A stretch of DNA of 58,526 nt from Vulcanimicrobiaceae bacterium. Lineage in GTDB: Bacteria > Vulcanimicrobiota > Vulcanimicrobiia > Vulcanimicrobiales > Vulcanimicrobiaceae. The stretch spans positions 1-58,526 of the forward strand of contig DASSRQ010000044.1 in NCBI GenBank assembly GCA_035701665.1, written 5' to 3'. A model generated the notes under the pieces. The model saw nothing but the letters and a program-made list of their open reading frames with translations. It searched no databases and was not told the DNA's origin. The position numbers and the translations under genes are program-made. This document shows positions 10,641 through 20,343 of this stretch, piece after piece; position 1 is the stretch's first letter; every line of letters starts with the position of its first letter.

Positions 10641-11354
10641 CTAGGGGAAGAGTACGGCAGCCACCTGATCGATCCGCTCGACGTTGGCGTCGGGCGGCTT
10701 CCCGCCATCGGGAACCGGCTCGCCGCGCACGTTGACCCAGACCGTCATCAGCCCGGCTTGCTGTGCGCCGGCGATATCGCGCTCGTAGCGATCGCCGACC
10801 ATCGCACTGTGCTTGGGCGCGACGCCGAGCTCGCGGCACGCGTGCGCGAAGAGCAGCGGATCGGGCTTGACCATCCCGGTTTCGTCCGGCAAAAAGAGCG
10901 CGTCGAACAGCTCGCTGATCTGCAGGACGATCAGTTTGTCGCGGTGCGTCTCGGAGAAACCGTTCGTGACCATTCCGAGCTTGACACCGCGCGACTTCAA
11001 ATCGCGTAACAGATCCAGCGCGCCGGGAAACAGCGCAAAATATTTGTTGCGGTACGCGTGATAGTTTGCGGCGCTCGTTTGCGCGAGCATGGGATCCGTT
11101 AGTCCGACGCGCTCGAGCGCCGATGCCCAAAACGCTTCGCGCAGATGCGAGATGCGCTCGCGCACCTGATCGCGGTCGAGGCGGTGCCAAAAGCCTTCCG
11201 CTTCGGCGACGTACGCGGCTTTGAGTTCGAGGGCGTCGATGCCGTGCTCGGCGGCAACTTCGCGGGCAACCTCTTCGGCGGCGCTGGTAAACGCGAGCGT
11301 GTCGTCGTGCAGCGTATCGTCGAGATCGAACAGAACGGCGCGGATATCACGCAT
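10641..11354 (-). CDS. HAD-superfamily hydrolase (subfamily IA-like)
   Basis: 237 aa. Motif I is VLFDLDDTL. The C-terminal motif is MVGDRYERDIAGAQQAGL. Its stop lies 2 nt upstream of the regulator ATG. Confidence 0.9.
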   Translation of the reverse strand: MRDIRAVLFDLDDTLHDDTLAFTSAAEEVAREVAAEHGIDALELKAAYVAEAEGFWHRLDRDQVRERISHLREAFWASALERVGLTDPMLAQTSAANYHAYRNKYFALFPGALDLLRDLKSRGVKLGMVTNGFSETHRDKLIVLQISELFDALFLPDETGMVKPDPLLFAHACRELGVAPKHSAMVGDRYERDIAGAQQAGLMTVWVNVRGEPVPDGGKPPDANVERIDQVAAVLFP

Positions 11355-13851
11355 GAGAGAACCTTACCCGCAATCCGCGGATCTCGTACGGCTTGAGATC
11401 GAAGACCAAGTCCTCGCCTTCGATGGCAACCGAACCGTACGTTGCGCGCTCCAAGCCGTCGACGCTTGCCGCCCACGTCATACGCGCGCCGCACCGCAAT
11501 CGCACGTTCGCGGGCGCGCCGTCGCACTCGCGCACGCGCACGATCGCGCCGTCGCCGTCCTCCGCCGGCTTGCATGCAGCGACGATTGCCGACGGCGTGC
11601 CGCTGGTAAAGAGCTGCACGCGCGGCTCGTGCGCAAAGCGCCGCCACAAGCGTTCTACCGTGCTATTCGCGGCATTCGCCAGCGGTGCGAGCGCATACGC
11701 GATGCTGTGTTCGCCTTCATCCGCATGCGGATCGGGCCAGCAGGTTCCGCGCAAAAGTGAGTGCCCGAGTTTTACTCCGCCTTTCGGCAGCGCGCGAGCG
11801 CTCCAGCCGTACGTGTCGAGCGACAGCATCGCGAATCCGTCGCCGTTCGCATCGGCGGCGTATGCAAACCGCTGTCCCGGAACCTCGAATTTTGCTCGTT
11901 CTTCCGGTGTTTCGTTGCGTGCACTGCGAACGATCGTGCCGTGCGGCGCACCGTACGTTACCGCTTCCGTCTGCACGGGCAGCCAATTCTCGACGCGCAG
12001 CAGCGTGCGCCGCTCGCGCCAGTCGGCCGTTAAGCGCACGCGCAAGAACGCCTCGCCTTCGATGAGCTCGAACCGCAGCGACGCCGGCGAGGCCCCGAGC
12101 AAGAGATCGACCGTGAAGCCCGCGTCCTCGATCCGGCTGCCTTGCGGCTTTGCCGGCACGACTTTTTTGTCGTATCCGCGATCGACGTTCCAGGCCTCCC
12201 ACTGCTTGGGGCGATCGGGATACAGCGCGAGTGCGTTCGCCTGCGTGCAGACGTTTCGCCCGCCCGCAAGCTGCAGTTCGCTGACCGTGCCGTCGGCGCG
12301 GACGTGCGCGCGAATAAGGCCGTTGTCGAAGACCGCTCCGCCTGCATCCGCCTGCGGTTCGACCGGTCGCGGTGCTACGCGTGTCAGCGCGCGCGGGAGC
12401 ATCGTTTCGGCGGCAGAGATCACCGACGCCATCAGCGATTCGGCTTCGGCGTACTCGTGCGCGGCGTCGTCGTACACTTGCGCGATGGACGTGCCGGGCA
12501 GCACGTCGTGGAACTGCTGCCGCAGCACGATGTGCCACGCGTCGCGCAGGCGCCTTAGATGCTCCGACAGCATCGCTCGCGGTACGTGAACGGCGGTGCA
12601 CCACGCAAGGAGTTCTTCGGCTTCGGCAAGCGCGCGTTCGCACAGGGCGTTGTGCATCTTCATGCCGTGGTGGGTTGTGTAGACGCCGCGATGATACTCG
12701 AGGTAAAGTTCCCCCGCGTACTGCGGCAGCGAAGCGCGGCGCGCCGCGAGTTCGCCGAACCATCCGGCGAAGTCGATCCATTCGCCCTTGCTGCGCGCGA
12801 ACTCGAGCATGCTCTGCGTAACGCCGCCGCCGCCGTCGCCGTAGCCGACGGCGATCGGCTCGCTGCGTTTCGCGGCGTTCGCAATGCGCCACGGATACGC
12901 GGGGCCATCGTAGCCTTGCAGCAGCGCGCCGACGACGCTGCTTCCGTCCGGACCTTGCCAGACGAACTGCGGATACGGAAACTTCGTCGTATCGTTCCAC
13001 TGCAGCTTCGTGGTCGCAAACGATCCGATACCGGCGTGCGAGAGCAGTTGCGGCAGCGTGTTCATGAATCCGAACGTGTCGGGCAGCCACGCAACTTCGG
13101 GCGTTATACCGAAACGGTCTTTCGTGTACGCGTACCCGTACAGCATCTGCCGCAGAAGCGACTCGCCCGAAGGAATGTTGCAATCGCTTTCGACCCACAT
13201 TGCCGCGACGCGCGGGTCGAATCTGCCGGCGGCGACGTGCGCGCGCACGCGTTCGAACAACTGCGGATCGGTCTCTTCAACGAAGGCGTACAGCTGCGGC
13301 TGCGTCTGCACGAACCGGAAGTCCGGATCGCGGTCGAGCAGATCGCAGGCAATCGCAAACGTGCGCTGCGCCTTCCGGCGCGTCTGTTCGTACGACCACA
13401 GCCACGCAACGTCGAGATGACTATGCCCGAAAACGGGAACGCGGTTGCCTTTGCTGTCAGCACTAGAGTTACCGGAACTAGTGTCATGCTGAGCTTGTCG
13501 AAGCACGGCCGAGCCTGCCGAGGCCACGCCCAAACTCTTAGCCGGCTCCGCATTCGAACGCCAATTAAGATACGTCCAAATGATTCCGGGTCCCGACGGC
13601 AGTCCGTTCGTCGGCAGCGCCTGCAGCTCGACTTCCAATTGCAGCTCGCGTTCGCGATCGCTGGGCGGCAACACAACCTCGTGATGCTCGCGATCGTATG
13701 CGCCCGCGGAGATACCGTCCACGCGCAGCAGCGCGCCCAGATGCGTCTTGTACGAAAGCGACACGTCGACGTTCTGCGGCGGCAGCACCGCATGCAGATA
13801 GACCAGCGACGCATCGCGTCTCGACTCTTCCAGCTTTAAGCGCACGTCCAC
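11347..13851 (-). CDS. Glycoside hydrolase family 38 alpha-mannosidase
   Basis: VFGHSHLDVAWLWSYEQTRRKAQRTFAIACDLLDRDPDFRFVQTQPQLY is the GH38 catalytic N-domain signature. The start is uncertain. I placed it at the GTG at 13851 because the upstream part of track ORF 11347-14130 overlaps doxX and is Arg/Ala-rich. Confidence 0.85.
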   Translation of the reverse strand: MDVRLKLEESRRDASLVYLHAVLPPQNVDVSLSYKTHLGALLRVDGISAGAYDREHHEVVLPPSDRERELQLEVELQALPTNGLPSGPGIIWTYLNWRSNAEPAKSLGVASAGSAVLRQAQHDTSSGNSSADSKGNRVPVFGHSHLDVAWLWSYEQTRRKAQRTFAIACDLLDRDPDFRFVQTQPQLYAFVEETDPQLFERVRAHVAAGRFDPRVAAMWVESDCNIPSGESLLRQMLYGYAYTKDRFGITPEVAWLPDTFGFMNTLPQLLSHAGIGSFATTKLQWNDTTKFPYPQFVWQGPDGSSVVGALLQGYDGPAYPWRIANAAKRSEPIAVGYGDGGGGVTQSMLEFARSKGEWIDFAGWFGELAARRASLPQYAGELYLEYHRGVYTTHHGMKMHNALCERALAEAEELLAWCTAVHVPRAMLSEHLRRLRDAWHIVLRQQFHDVLPGTSIAQVYDDAAHEYAEAESLMASVISAAETMLPRALTRVAPRPVEPQADAGGAVFDNGLIRAHVRADGTVSELQLAGGRNVCTQANALALYPDRPKQWEAWNVDRGYDKKVVPAKPQGSRIEDAGFTVDLLLGASPASLRFELIEGEAFLRVRLTADWRERRTLLRVENWLPVQTEAVTYGAPHGTIVRSARNETPEERAKFEVPGQRFAYAADANGDGFAMLSLDTYGWSARALPKGGVKLGHSLLRGTCWPDPHADEGEHSIAYALAPLANAANSTVERLWRRFAHEPRVQLFTSGTPSAIVAACKPAEDGDGAIVRVRECDGAPANVRLRCGARMTWAASVDGLERATYGSVAIEGEDLVFDLKPYEIRGLRVRFSHA

Positions 13852-14225
13852 CAAACCCAAGCAATAAGCGCAGCCTGCAGCGGCAGCCGGATCCACAGCA
13901 ATGCAGGGCTCGCCACACGCGAAAACGCTTGCGCGTGCTGCGCCATGTACACGTTCGCTGGGAACACCGCGATCAGCAGCAGCACCAAGCCGATGCCGGC
14001 GTACAGCCGGAGTGCCGGAATCAACACCCCGATTCCACCCGCGATTTCGGCGGCACCGCTGATCTGCACGAGCAGCGCAGGCAACGGCAGCGACGGCGGG
14101 ACGATGCGTTCGTACCACTTCGGGTGCCAAAAGTGGTTTGCGCCGGCCACGATAAAAAAGAGTGCCAGCACGACGGCCGATACCGTTTTCAGCGAGCTAA
14201 TTTCCAACCAGTTCCTTAAGCGCAT
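13836..14225 (-). CDS. DoxX family membrane protein
   Basis: 129 aa with four hydrophobic helices. [18 protein letters not shown] ... [12 protein letters not shown] is the typical DoxX pattern. Confidence 0.85.
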   Translation of the reverse strand: MRLRNWLEISSLKTVSAVVLALFFIVAGANHFWHPKWYERIVPPSLPLPALLVQISGAAEIAGGIGVLIPALRLYAGIGLVLLLIAVFPANVYMAQHAQAFSRVASPALLWIRLPLQAALIAWVWWTCA

Positions 14226-16242
14226 GCTCGAAGATCTTCGGCGCTTTGCCCTGGAAGAGCAGCGACTCGTTGCCGCCGATCTGCTTGCGCAGTTCGATCA
14301 GCTCGTCGCGTAACGCGGCGGCCTTTTCGAACTCCAAGTTGGCGGCATAGTCGCGCATCTTCTTTTCGATATCGGCGGCCATCCGGATCGCGACCTCGCG
14401 CGGCAGTTTTTCGCGCTTGAGTTCGAGCTGCGTCTCTTCGGTCGCGCCGATCATCGCTAAGATGTCGCGGACTTCTTTGCGCACGCTGCGCGGTTCGATG
14501 CCGTGTTCTTTGTTGTAGGCGAGCTGCAGTTCGCGGCGGCGTTTCGTCTCGCCGATAGCTCGCGCCATCGACTCCGTCACGGTATCCGCGTACATGATCA
14601 CTTTGCCTTCCACGTTACGCGCGGCGCGGCCGATCGTCTGGATGAGCGACGTGCCGCTGCGCAGGTAGCCCTCTTTGTCCGCATCCAAGATGCCGACCAG
14701 CGAGACCTCGGGCAGATCCAGACCTTCGCGCAGCAGATTGATACCGACCAGCACGTCGAACACGCCCAAGCGCAAGTCGCGCAGAATCGCCACGCGTTCG
14801 AGCGTGTCTACTTCGCTGTGCAGGTACCGCACTTTGAAGTTCATCTCGATGAGAAAGTCGGTGAGATCCTCCGCCATCTTCTTTGTGAGCGTGGTGACGA
14901 GAACGCGCTCCTGCTTTTCGATGCGCTGACGGATCTCTTCCATCAAATCGTCGACCTGATTGCGTGTCGGACGCACGTCCACTTCCGGATCCACCAGACC
15001 GGTCGGCCGGATGATCATCTCCACCGTCTGCTCGCTGCGTCCCACTTCGTACGTGCCGGGCGTGGCCGAAACGTAGACGATCTGATTGACGTGCTCTTCG
15101 AACTCGTCGTACGTCAGCGGCCGGTTGTCGAGCGCGCTGGGAAGCCGGAAGCCGAATTCGACCAGTGAGAGTTTACGCGAGCGGTCGCCGCCGTACATCG
15201 CGTGCACTTGCGGCAGCGTGACGTGCGATTCGTCGATGAAGACGAGCCAATCTTTCGGGAAAAAGTCGAGCAGACACCACGGCGTCGATCCCGGTTCGCG
15301 GCCGGTAAGATGCCGCGAATAGTTCTCGATACCGTTGCAGTAGCCGACTTCGCGCAGCATATCCAGATCGTAGCGCGTGCGCATCTCCAGACGCTGCGCT
15401 TCGAGCAGTTTGCCGTTCTCTTTGAAATACTTGAGCCGCTCTTCGAGTTCGTTTTCGATCGAAACGATGGCGCGCCGCAGTTTTTCGTCCGGGGTGATGA
15501 AGTGCTTGGCGGGAAAGATCAGCAGCTCGTCTTTGCTCTCGACGTATTCTCCCGTCATGATGTTGACGACGTTGATGGCATCGATCTGGTCGCCGAAGAA
15601 CTCGATGCGGTGGATCAGTTCTTCGTCGACGCCCATAAACTCGAGCGTGTCGCCCCGCACGCGGAAGGTGCCGCGAACCATATTCAAATCATTGCGCCGG
15701 TACTGCATATCCACGAGCTTGCGCAGCAGCACGTCGCGGTCGATCTCTTCGCCCAGGCGCAGTTTGACCGACATCTCCGTATAGTCGGAGGGCGATCCTA
15801 AACCGTAGATGCACGAGATCGAAGCCACGATTAGCGTATCGCGGCGCGTGATCAGCGACTGCGTGGCCGAGTGGCGAAGCCGTTCGATCTCCTCGTTGAT
15901 CGAACTGTCCTTTTCTATGTAGGTATCCGTATGCGCGATGTACGCTTCGGGCTGGTAGTAGTCGAAGTACGAAACGAAATACTCGACGGCGTTCTCGGGG
16001 AAGAAGTCGCGGAACTCGGCGCAGAGCTGCGCACCCAGGGTTTTGTTGTGGCACAGCACGAGCGTCGGGCGCTGTACCAGCTCTACCACGCGGGCCATCG
16101 CCAAGGTCTTGCCGCTGCCCGTCACGCCTAAGAGCGTTTGCGCGCGGTCGCCGCGCAGCACCCCGGCGGCGAGGGCCTCCGTCGCCTTGGGCTGGTCGCC
16201 CGCCAGCTGATAAGGCGTAACTAACTTGAACTTCTGCGGCAT
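14197..16242 (-). CDS. uvrB: Excinuclease ABC subunit B (UvrB)
   Basis: [27 protein letters not shown] ... GVTGSGKT ... a helicase core, and the C-terminal UVR motif [17 protein letters not shown]. The start is ATG 16242, with an alternative at 16257. Confidence 0.95.
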   Translation of the reverse strand: MPQKFKLVTPYQLAGDQPKATEALAAGVLRGDRAQTLLGVTGSGKTLAMARVVELVQRPTLVLCHNKTLGAQLCAEFRDFFPENAVEYFVSYFDYYQPEAYIAHTDTYIEKDSSINEEIERLRHSATQSLITRRDTLIVASISCIYGLGSPSDYTEMSVKLRLGEEIDRDVLLRKLVDMQYRRNDLNMVRGTFRVRGDTLEFMGVDEELIHRIEFFGDQIDAINVVNIMTGEYVESKDELLIFPAKHFITPDEKLRRAIVSIENELEERLKYFKENGKLLEAQRLEMRTRYDLDMLREVGYCNGIENYSRHLTGREPGSTPWCLLDFFPKDWLVFIDESHVTLPQVHAMYGGDRSRKLSLVEFGFRLPSALDNRPLTYDEFEEHVNQIVYVSATPGTYEVGRSEQTVEMIIRPTGLVDPEVDVRPTRNQVDDLMEEIRQRIEKQERVLVTTLTKKMAEDLTDFLIEMNFKVRYLHSEVDTLERVAILRDLRLGVFDVLVGINLLREGLDLPEVSLVGILDADKEGYLRSGTSLIQTIGRAARNVEGKVIMYADTVTESMARAIGETKRRRELQLAYNKEHGIEPRSVRKEVRDILAMIGATEETQLELKREKLPREVAIRMAADIEKKMRDYAANLEFEKAAALRDELIELRKQIGGNESLLFQGKAPKIFEHALKELVGN

Positions 16243-16271
16243 GTAGGGAAGGGGCATTGGGCGGGGAAACG

Positions 16272-17330
16272 ATGACTTCCGCCTGCTTACGCCTTCGGAG
16301 TCTGCACTTGAGTCATAACCCACTGCTGTTCAGCGGCAACTCGAATCAGGCGCTGGCCGAAGAGATCGCCAAGCGCCTCAAGCTTCACGTCGGTAAGGCG
16401 CTCGTCTCCAAATTTAAAAACGAAGAGACGCGCGTGCAGATCGGCGAGAACGTTCGCGGTTCCGAAGTCTTCGTGATCCAATCGCTGTGCAAGTCGCCGA
16501 ACGGCAACGGCGTGAACGATTCGGTGATGGAACTGCTGCTGATGGTGGACGCGCTCAAGCGCGCGTCGGCCTCGCGCATCAACGCGGTCATTCCGTACTA
16601 CGGCTACGCTAAGCAGGACAAGAAGACGACCGGACGCGAGCCGATCTCGGCGAAGGTGCTGGCCGACATGCTCAAGACCGCCGGCGCGAACCGGATGGTC
16701 ACGATGGACCTGCACGCGGCACAGATCCAGGGCTTCTTCGACGGCCCCGTCGACAACCTGATGGCGATGCCGACGCTGTGCAACTATTTAAAGAAGGAAG
16801 GCCTCTGCGAGGACCGCGTGGTGGTGGTCTCGCCCGACGCCGGCGGCGTTCATCGCGCCGAGCTCTTCGCCAAGCGCCTGAACTCTTCGCTGGCTATCGT
16901 CTTCAAGCGGCGCCCGGAGCCCGACGTCTCGGAAGTGACCGATATCGTCGGCGACGTCCGCGGCAAGATCGCCGTGGTCGTGGACGACATGATCTCGACC
17001 GGCGGCACCCTGGCGAAAGCAGCCGAGGCCATCCTCGCTCGCGGCGCGTCGCAGGTTTACACGGTAGCAACTCACGGTATCTTTGCGGGCGACGCGATTC
17101 GCGTGTTAGACGAATCGGCCATCGAACGCGTAATCGTAACGAATACGATTCCGTTCGCCGGCGCCATCGAACATCCGAAGTTCGTACAGCTCTCGATAGC
17201 GCAGACGTTCGCCGACGCAATCAACCGCATTACGACGAACCGCTCCATCTCCGAACTCTTCACGGACGACGGGGAAAAAAAAATGAATGATCTGCCGCGA
17301 ACGGCGCCCGAGCCCGCCGCGGTTTCCTAA
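16272..17330 (+). CDS. prs: Ribose-phosphate pyrophosphokinase
   Basis: [19 protein letters not shown] ... [13 protein letters not shown] (the PRPP-binding loop). The start is either ATG 16272 or TTG 16308. The TTG has a GGAG 7 nt upstream. Confidence 0.95.
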   Translation: MTSACLRLRSLHLSHNPLLFSGNSNQALAEEIAKRLKLHVGKALVSKFKNEETRVQIGENVRGSEVFVIQSLCKSPNGNGVNDSVMELLLMVDALKRASASRINAVIPYYGYAKQDKKTTGREPISAKVLADMLKTAGANRMVTMDLHAAQIQGFFDGPVDNLMAMPTLCNYLKKEGLCEDRVVVVSPDAGGVHRAELFAKRLNSSLAIVFKRRPEPDVSEVTDIVGDVRGKIAVVVDDMISTGGTLAKAAEAILARGASQVYTVATHGIFAGDAIRVLDESAIERVIVTNTIPFAGAIEHPKFVQLSIAQTFADAINRITTNRSISELFTDDGEKKMNDLPRTAPEPAAVS

Positions 17331-17342
17331 AACGGAGAAGGC

Positions 17343-17996
17343 ATGGCCAATCAGTTATCGCTCACGATCGAGCGTCGCGACGGCGGCGGATCCGGCAAGG
17401 CCCGTGCACTGCGCGCGGAAGGCAAAGTACCCGGCGTGCTGTACGGACACGGCTCCAACGAATCGATCGCGGTCGAGCGCCGCACGCTCGAGGATCTGCT
17501 GCACAAAGGCGGCCGCACCGGGCTGATTCAACTCTCGCTCGGCGGCAAGAAATTGGACACGGCGATGGTGCGCGAAGTGCAGATCGATCCGGTCTCGCGC
17601 AAAGCGATCCACGTCGACCTGCAGCGCGTCTCCGCCAACGAAACCGTGCACGCAAAACTTCCGCTCGTCATGGTCGGTTCGCCCGACGGCGTGCGAAACT
17701 TCGGCGGCGTGATGGACGTCGTCTTGCACGAACTCGACGTTGAAGGCCCGGCGAACAAACTGCCCGACCACCTCGACGTCGACGTGGAATCGCTCGGTAT
17801 TCACGAACACGTGAGCGCGGGCCAAGTGAAGTTGCCTGCGGGCCTCAAGCTCGCCGGCGATCCGGAAGCGATCGTCGTGACGGTCGCGTCGTCGAAGACC
17901 GCGCACGCGCTCGAAGAAGCCGAAGCGGCGGCGGCGCCCGAACAGATCGAGCCCGAAGTCATCGGCGAGAAGCCCGAAGGCGAGGAAGCACCGTAA
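17343..17996 (+). CDS. rplY: 50S ribosomal protein L25 / general stress protein Ctc
   Basis: 217 aa. LRAEGKVPGVLYGHG ... IHVDLQRV, followed by an acidic C-terminal tail typical of the Ctc form. Confidence 0.95.
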   Translation: MANQLSLTIERRDGGGSGKARALRAEGKVPGVLYGHGSNESIAVERRTLEDLLHKGGRTGLIQLSLGGKKLDTAMVREVQIDPVSRKAIHVDLQRVSANETVHAKLPLVMVGSPDGVRNFGGVMDVVLHELDVEGPANKLPDHLDVDVESLGIHEHVSAGQVKLPAGLKLAGDPEAIVVTVASSKTAHALEEAEAAAAPEQIEPEVIGEKPEGEEAP

Positions 17997-18037
17997 CCCT
18001 CTTCGGCAAGTCCGGCGAGAAGTCTCAAGCCCCGCGC

Positions 18038-18604
18038 ATCGTCGCGGGGCTTGGCAATCCCGGCAAAGAGTACGCGCGCACCCGCCACAACGCGGGGTTC
18101 ATGGCCGTCGACCGGCTTGCGGAGCGTCTCTCGCTCGATTCCTGGAAAACCAAAGACGGAGCGCGTCAATTGTACGACGCGCAGCGCCGTCTCGTTCTCG
18201 TCGAACCGCAGACGTATATGAACAATAGCGGGGCACCGCTGCGCATCATCGCGTCGTGGTACCGCACGCCGCCCGAATCGGTGCTGGCGATCTACGATGA
18301 GATGGATCTGCCGTTCGGCACGATCCGCATGCGCCCGTTCGGCGGACACGGCGGACATAACGGCATGCGTTCGATCATCTCGACGATGACGGACCGGTTT
18401 CCGCGCATCCGGATCGGCGTCGGGCGGCCGGCTCGGCAGGCTCAGGATGAGGGCGCGATCGACCACGTCCTCGCGCCGTTCACGCAGCAAGAACTCAAAC
18501 AGCTGCCGGACGTCATCGACGCTGCAGCGCAAGCCGCACAGATCTGGTTCGAAGACAGCCTCGAAGCCGCGATGCAGTTCGTCAATAATCTAAAGATCGC
18601 GTAG
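18038..18604 (+). CDS. pth: Peptidyl-tRNA hydrolase
   Basis: IVAGLGNPGKEYARTRHNAGFMAVDRL ... HGGHNGMRSI. The conserved GLGNPG motif lies upstream of the first ATG (18101). The only table-11 start codon upstream in frame is ATC at 18038. Confidence 0.9.
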   Translation: MVAGLGNPGKEYARTRHNAGFMAVDRLAERLSLDSWKTKDGARQLYDAQRRLVLVEPQTYMNNSGAPLRIIASWYRTPPESVLAIYDEMDLPFGTIRMRPFGGHGGHNGMRSIISTMTDRFPRIRIGVGRPARQAQDEGAIDHVLAPFTQQELKQLPDVIDAAAQAAQIWFEDSLEAAMQFVNNLKIA

Positions 18605-19435
18605 CGCGAAACTTCGCGATGCCGCGGCATAGATCGCGGCGATCCAGCAGAGCGTCCAGACGACGAGCGCCGCCGGCGGCGGATTCGCTACGAAAAACGG
18701 GCCCGACCACACGTGCTCCCCGGACATGCGTTCGATCAGCGCGAGCGGCTCGAGTTGATACGCTGCGCAGCGCCACATCGCGTCGCTCGGTATCAGCAGT
18801 TGCGTGATCGTACCGAAGTGCGTGATGACGTCGTTTTCAAAGTACGTGCCGAGCGTCTGCGCGATGCCGCCCATCCACGCAAGTCCGAAGCAGACGACGC
18901 ACACGATGCCGGCGGCGATACCGGGCAGCTTCGATGCAGCCAGCGTCGCCAACGACAGCATCACGAGCGCAATAAGGCTTAAATAGCCGGCCGCGAGCGC
19001 GGGGTGCGGCGGAAAGTATCCCGTTGCCGCGCGCACGACCAGAAACTCTGCCATGGACGCAAGTGCGACGTACCCGCAGACGACGATGCCCAGCGCCAGC
19101 GTACGGCCGCCCAAGATGCTTGCGCGCGAAATAGGTCTGGCTGCAACGGGCAGTAACACCCCACTCTCGATATCGTTGGCAAGCGACGGCGCCGCCACGA
19201 ACACCGCGAGCATCGCAACGATGAAGCTGAACAGATATGCGAGCAGAATCACGAGGTTGGCGCTAACCACCGCAAGTTCCATACGGGTGGGCACGCTGCC
19301 GTGATGGCGCGAGTGCGCGATGTACGAAAATCCCCATCCGGTCAGCGCGATCAACACGGCTGTTGCAATCAGCGCGGTCAAAACGAATTTTCGCCGCGCG
19401 AGTTCTCGAAATGTCAGGAGAGCAAAGGCAATCAT
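18590..19435 (-). CDS. ABC-2 type transporter permease
   Basis: 281 aa with about 6 TM helices. The N-terminus is MIAFALLTFRELARRKFVL. It overlaps the upstream ATPase gene in an ATGA junction. Confidence 0.8.
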   Translation of the reverse strand: MIAFALLTFRELARRKFVLTALIATAVLIALTGWGFSYIAHSRHHGSVPTRMELAVVSANLVILLAYLFSFIVAMLAVFVAAPSLANDIESGVLLPVAARPISRASILGGRTLALGIVVCGYVALASMAEFLVVRAATGYFPPHPALAAGYLSLIALVMLSLATLAASKLPGIAAGIVCVVCFGLAWMGGIAQTLGTYFENDVITHFGTITQLLIPSDAMWRCAAYQLEPLALIERMSGEHVWSGPFFVANPPPAALVVWTLCWIAAIYAAASRSFALRDL

Positions 19436-20343
19436 TGCGTCCCGCCGCCTCCGGTGAGTTCGAAGAAGCGTTGTTCGAGCGTGGCCGCTACGGGTTCGAC
19501 CGCGAAGACTTCCGCGCCGTCGTCGACCAGCGCGCGCACGAGTGCCGGAACGCTCTTCGGGCCGGCGCCTTCGACGAGAACGGACTTGCCGTTCGGATGC
19601 ACGTTGCCGAAGCGCTGCAGCAGCTGCGCGATCGGCGATCGTCCGGCCTGCGCGCTCACGCGCACGCCGCGCTGGGCGCCGGCGATCTCTTCCAGCGTTC
19701 CTTGCGCAACGATGCGTCCTCGCGTTACAAACGCGACGCGATCGCAGACCTGCTCGACTTCGGAGAGCAGATGCGAATTGAGAAACACGGTCGTGCTGCG
19801 AGCCTTCAAATCGCGCAGCAGTTCCCGCACCTCTTGGCGCCCGAGCGGATCGAGCGCGGACGTCGGTTCGTCGAGTAATACGAACTGCGGATCGCCGATC
19901 AGCGCGACCGCAAGGCCAAGCCGCTGCTGCATGCCTTTGGAGAACGTATCGACGCGAGCGCTCCGCCGCTCGATCAAGCCGACGCGTTCGAGCAGCGCGT
20001 TCAACGTTTTGCGCTCACCGGAACATCCCGCGAGCCGCGCGTGCAGTACGAGCACTTCGTATGCGGTGAGCCACGGCTGATACCGGAAAAGCTCGGGGAG
20101 ATAGCCGAGATGCCGGCGTGCGCGGCGATCGCCGAGAGGCAAACCTAACAGCGTTCCCGTTCCGCCGCTCGGTGCGGCCAGGCCGGCGATCATTTTCACC
20201 GAGGTCGTTTTTCCGGCGCCGTTTGGCCCGAGAAAGCCGAAGATCTCGCCGCGCGAGATCTCCAGCGTCAGATCGGCGACCGCCGTAACGCTGCCGAAGC
20301 GTTTCGACAACCCGCGCGTCGAGAGCGCGCTACTTGAGTCCAT
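19432..20343 (-). CDS. ABC transporter ATP-binding protein
   Basis: Walker A is GPNGAGKTT, the signature is FSKGMQQRL, and Walker B is VLLDEPTSALD. Confidence 0.95.
   Translation of the reverse strand: MDSSSALSTRGLSKRFGSVTAVADLTLEISRGEIFGFLGPNGAGKTTSVKMIAGLAAPSGGTGTLLGLPLGDRRARRHLGYLPELFRYQPWLTAYEVLVLHARLAGCSGERKTLNALLERVGLIERRSARVDTFSKGMQQRLGLAVALIGDPQFVLLDEPTSALDPLGRQEVRELLRDLKARSTTVFLNSHLLSEVEQVCDRVAFVTRGRIVAQGTLEEIAGAQRGVRVSAQAGRSPIAQLLQRFGNVHPNGKSVLVEGAGPKSVPALVRALVDDGAEVFAVEPVAATLEQRFFELTGGGGTQ

Noticed and set aside
7205-11190. Multiple long alternative-frame and antisense ORFs (7205-7990, 8071-8754, 9161-10546 of 461 aa, 9979-10644) and the 184-codon N-terminal extension of ORF 7327-11190
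   Set aside because: They have Arg-rich low-complexity translations. They overlap the motif-rich SARP regulator frame and the HAD gene. The extension has no domain and overlaps a real gene in another frame.
11393-14130. ORFs 11393-12589 (398 aa), 11717-13198 (493 aa), 12559-13839 (426 aa), and the N-terminal 93 codons of ORF 11347-14130
   Set aside because: They are off-frame or antisense to the GH38 gene, which carries the HSHLDVAWLW signature. Their composition is Arg/Ala/Ser-rich. The N-terminal extension overlaps doxX.
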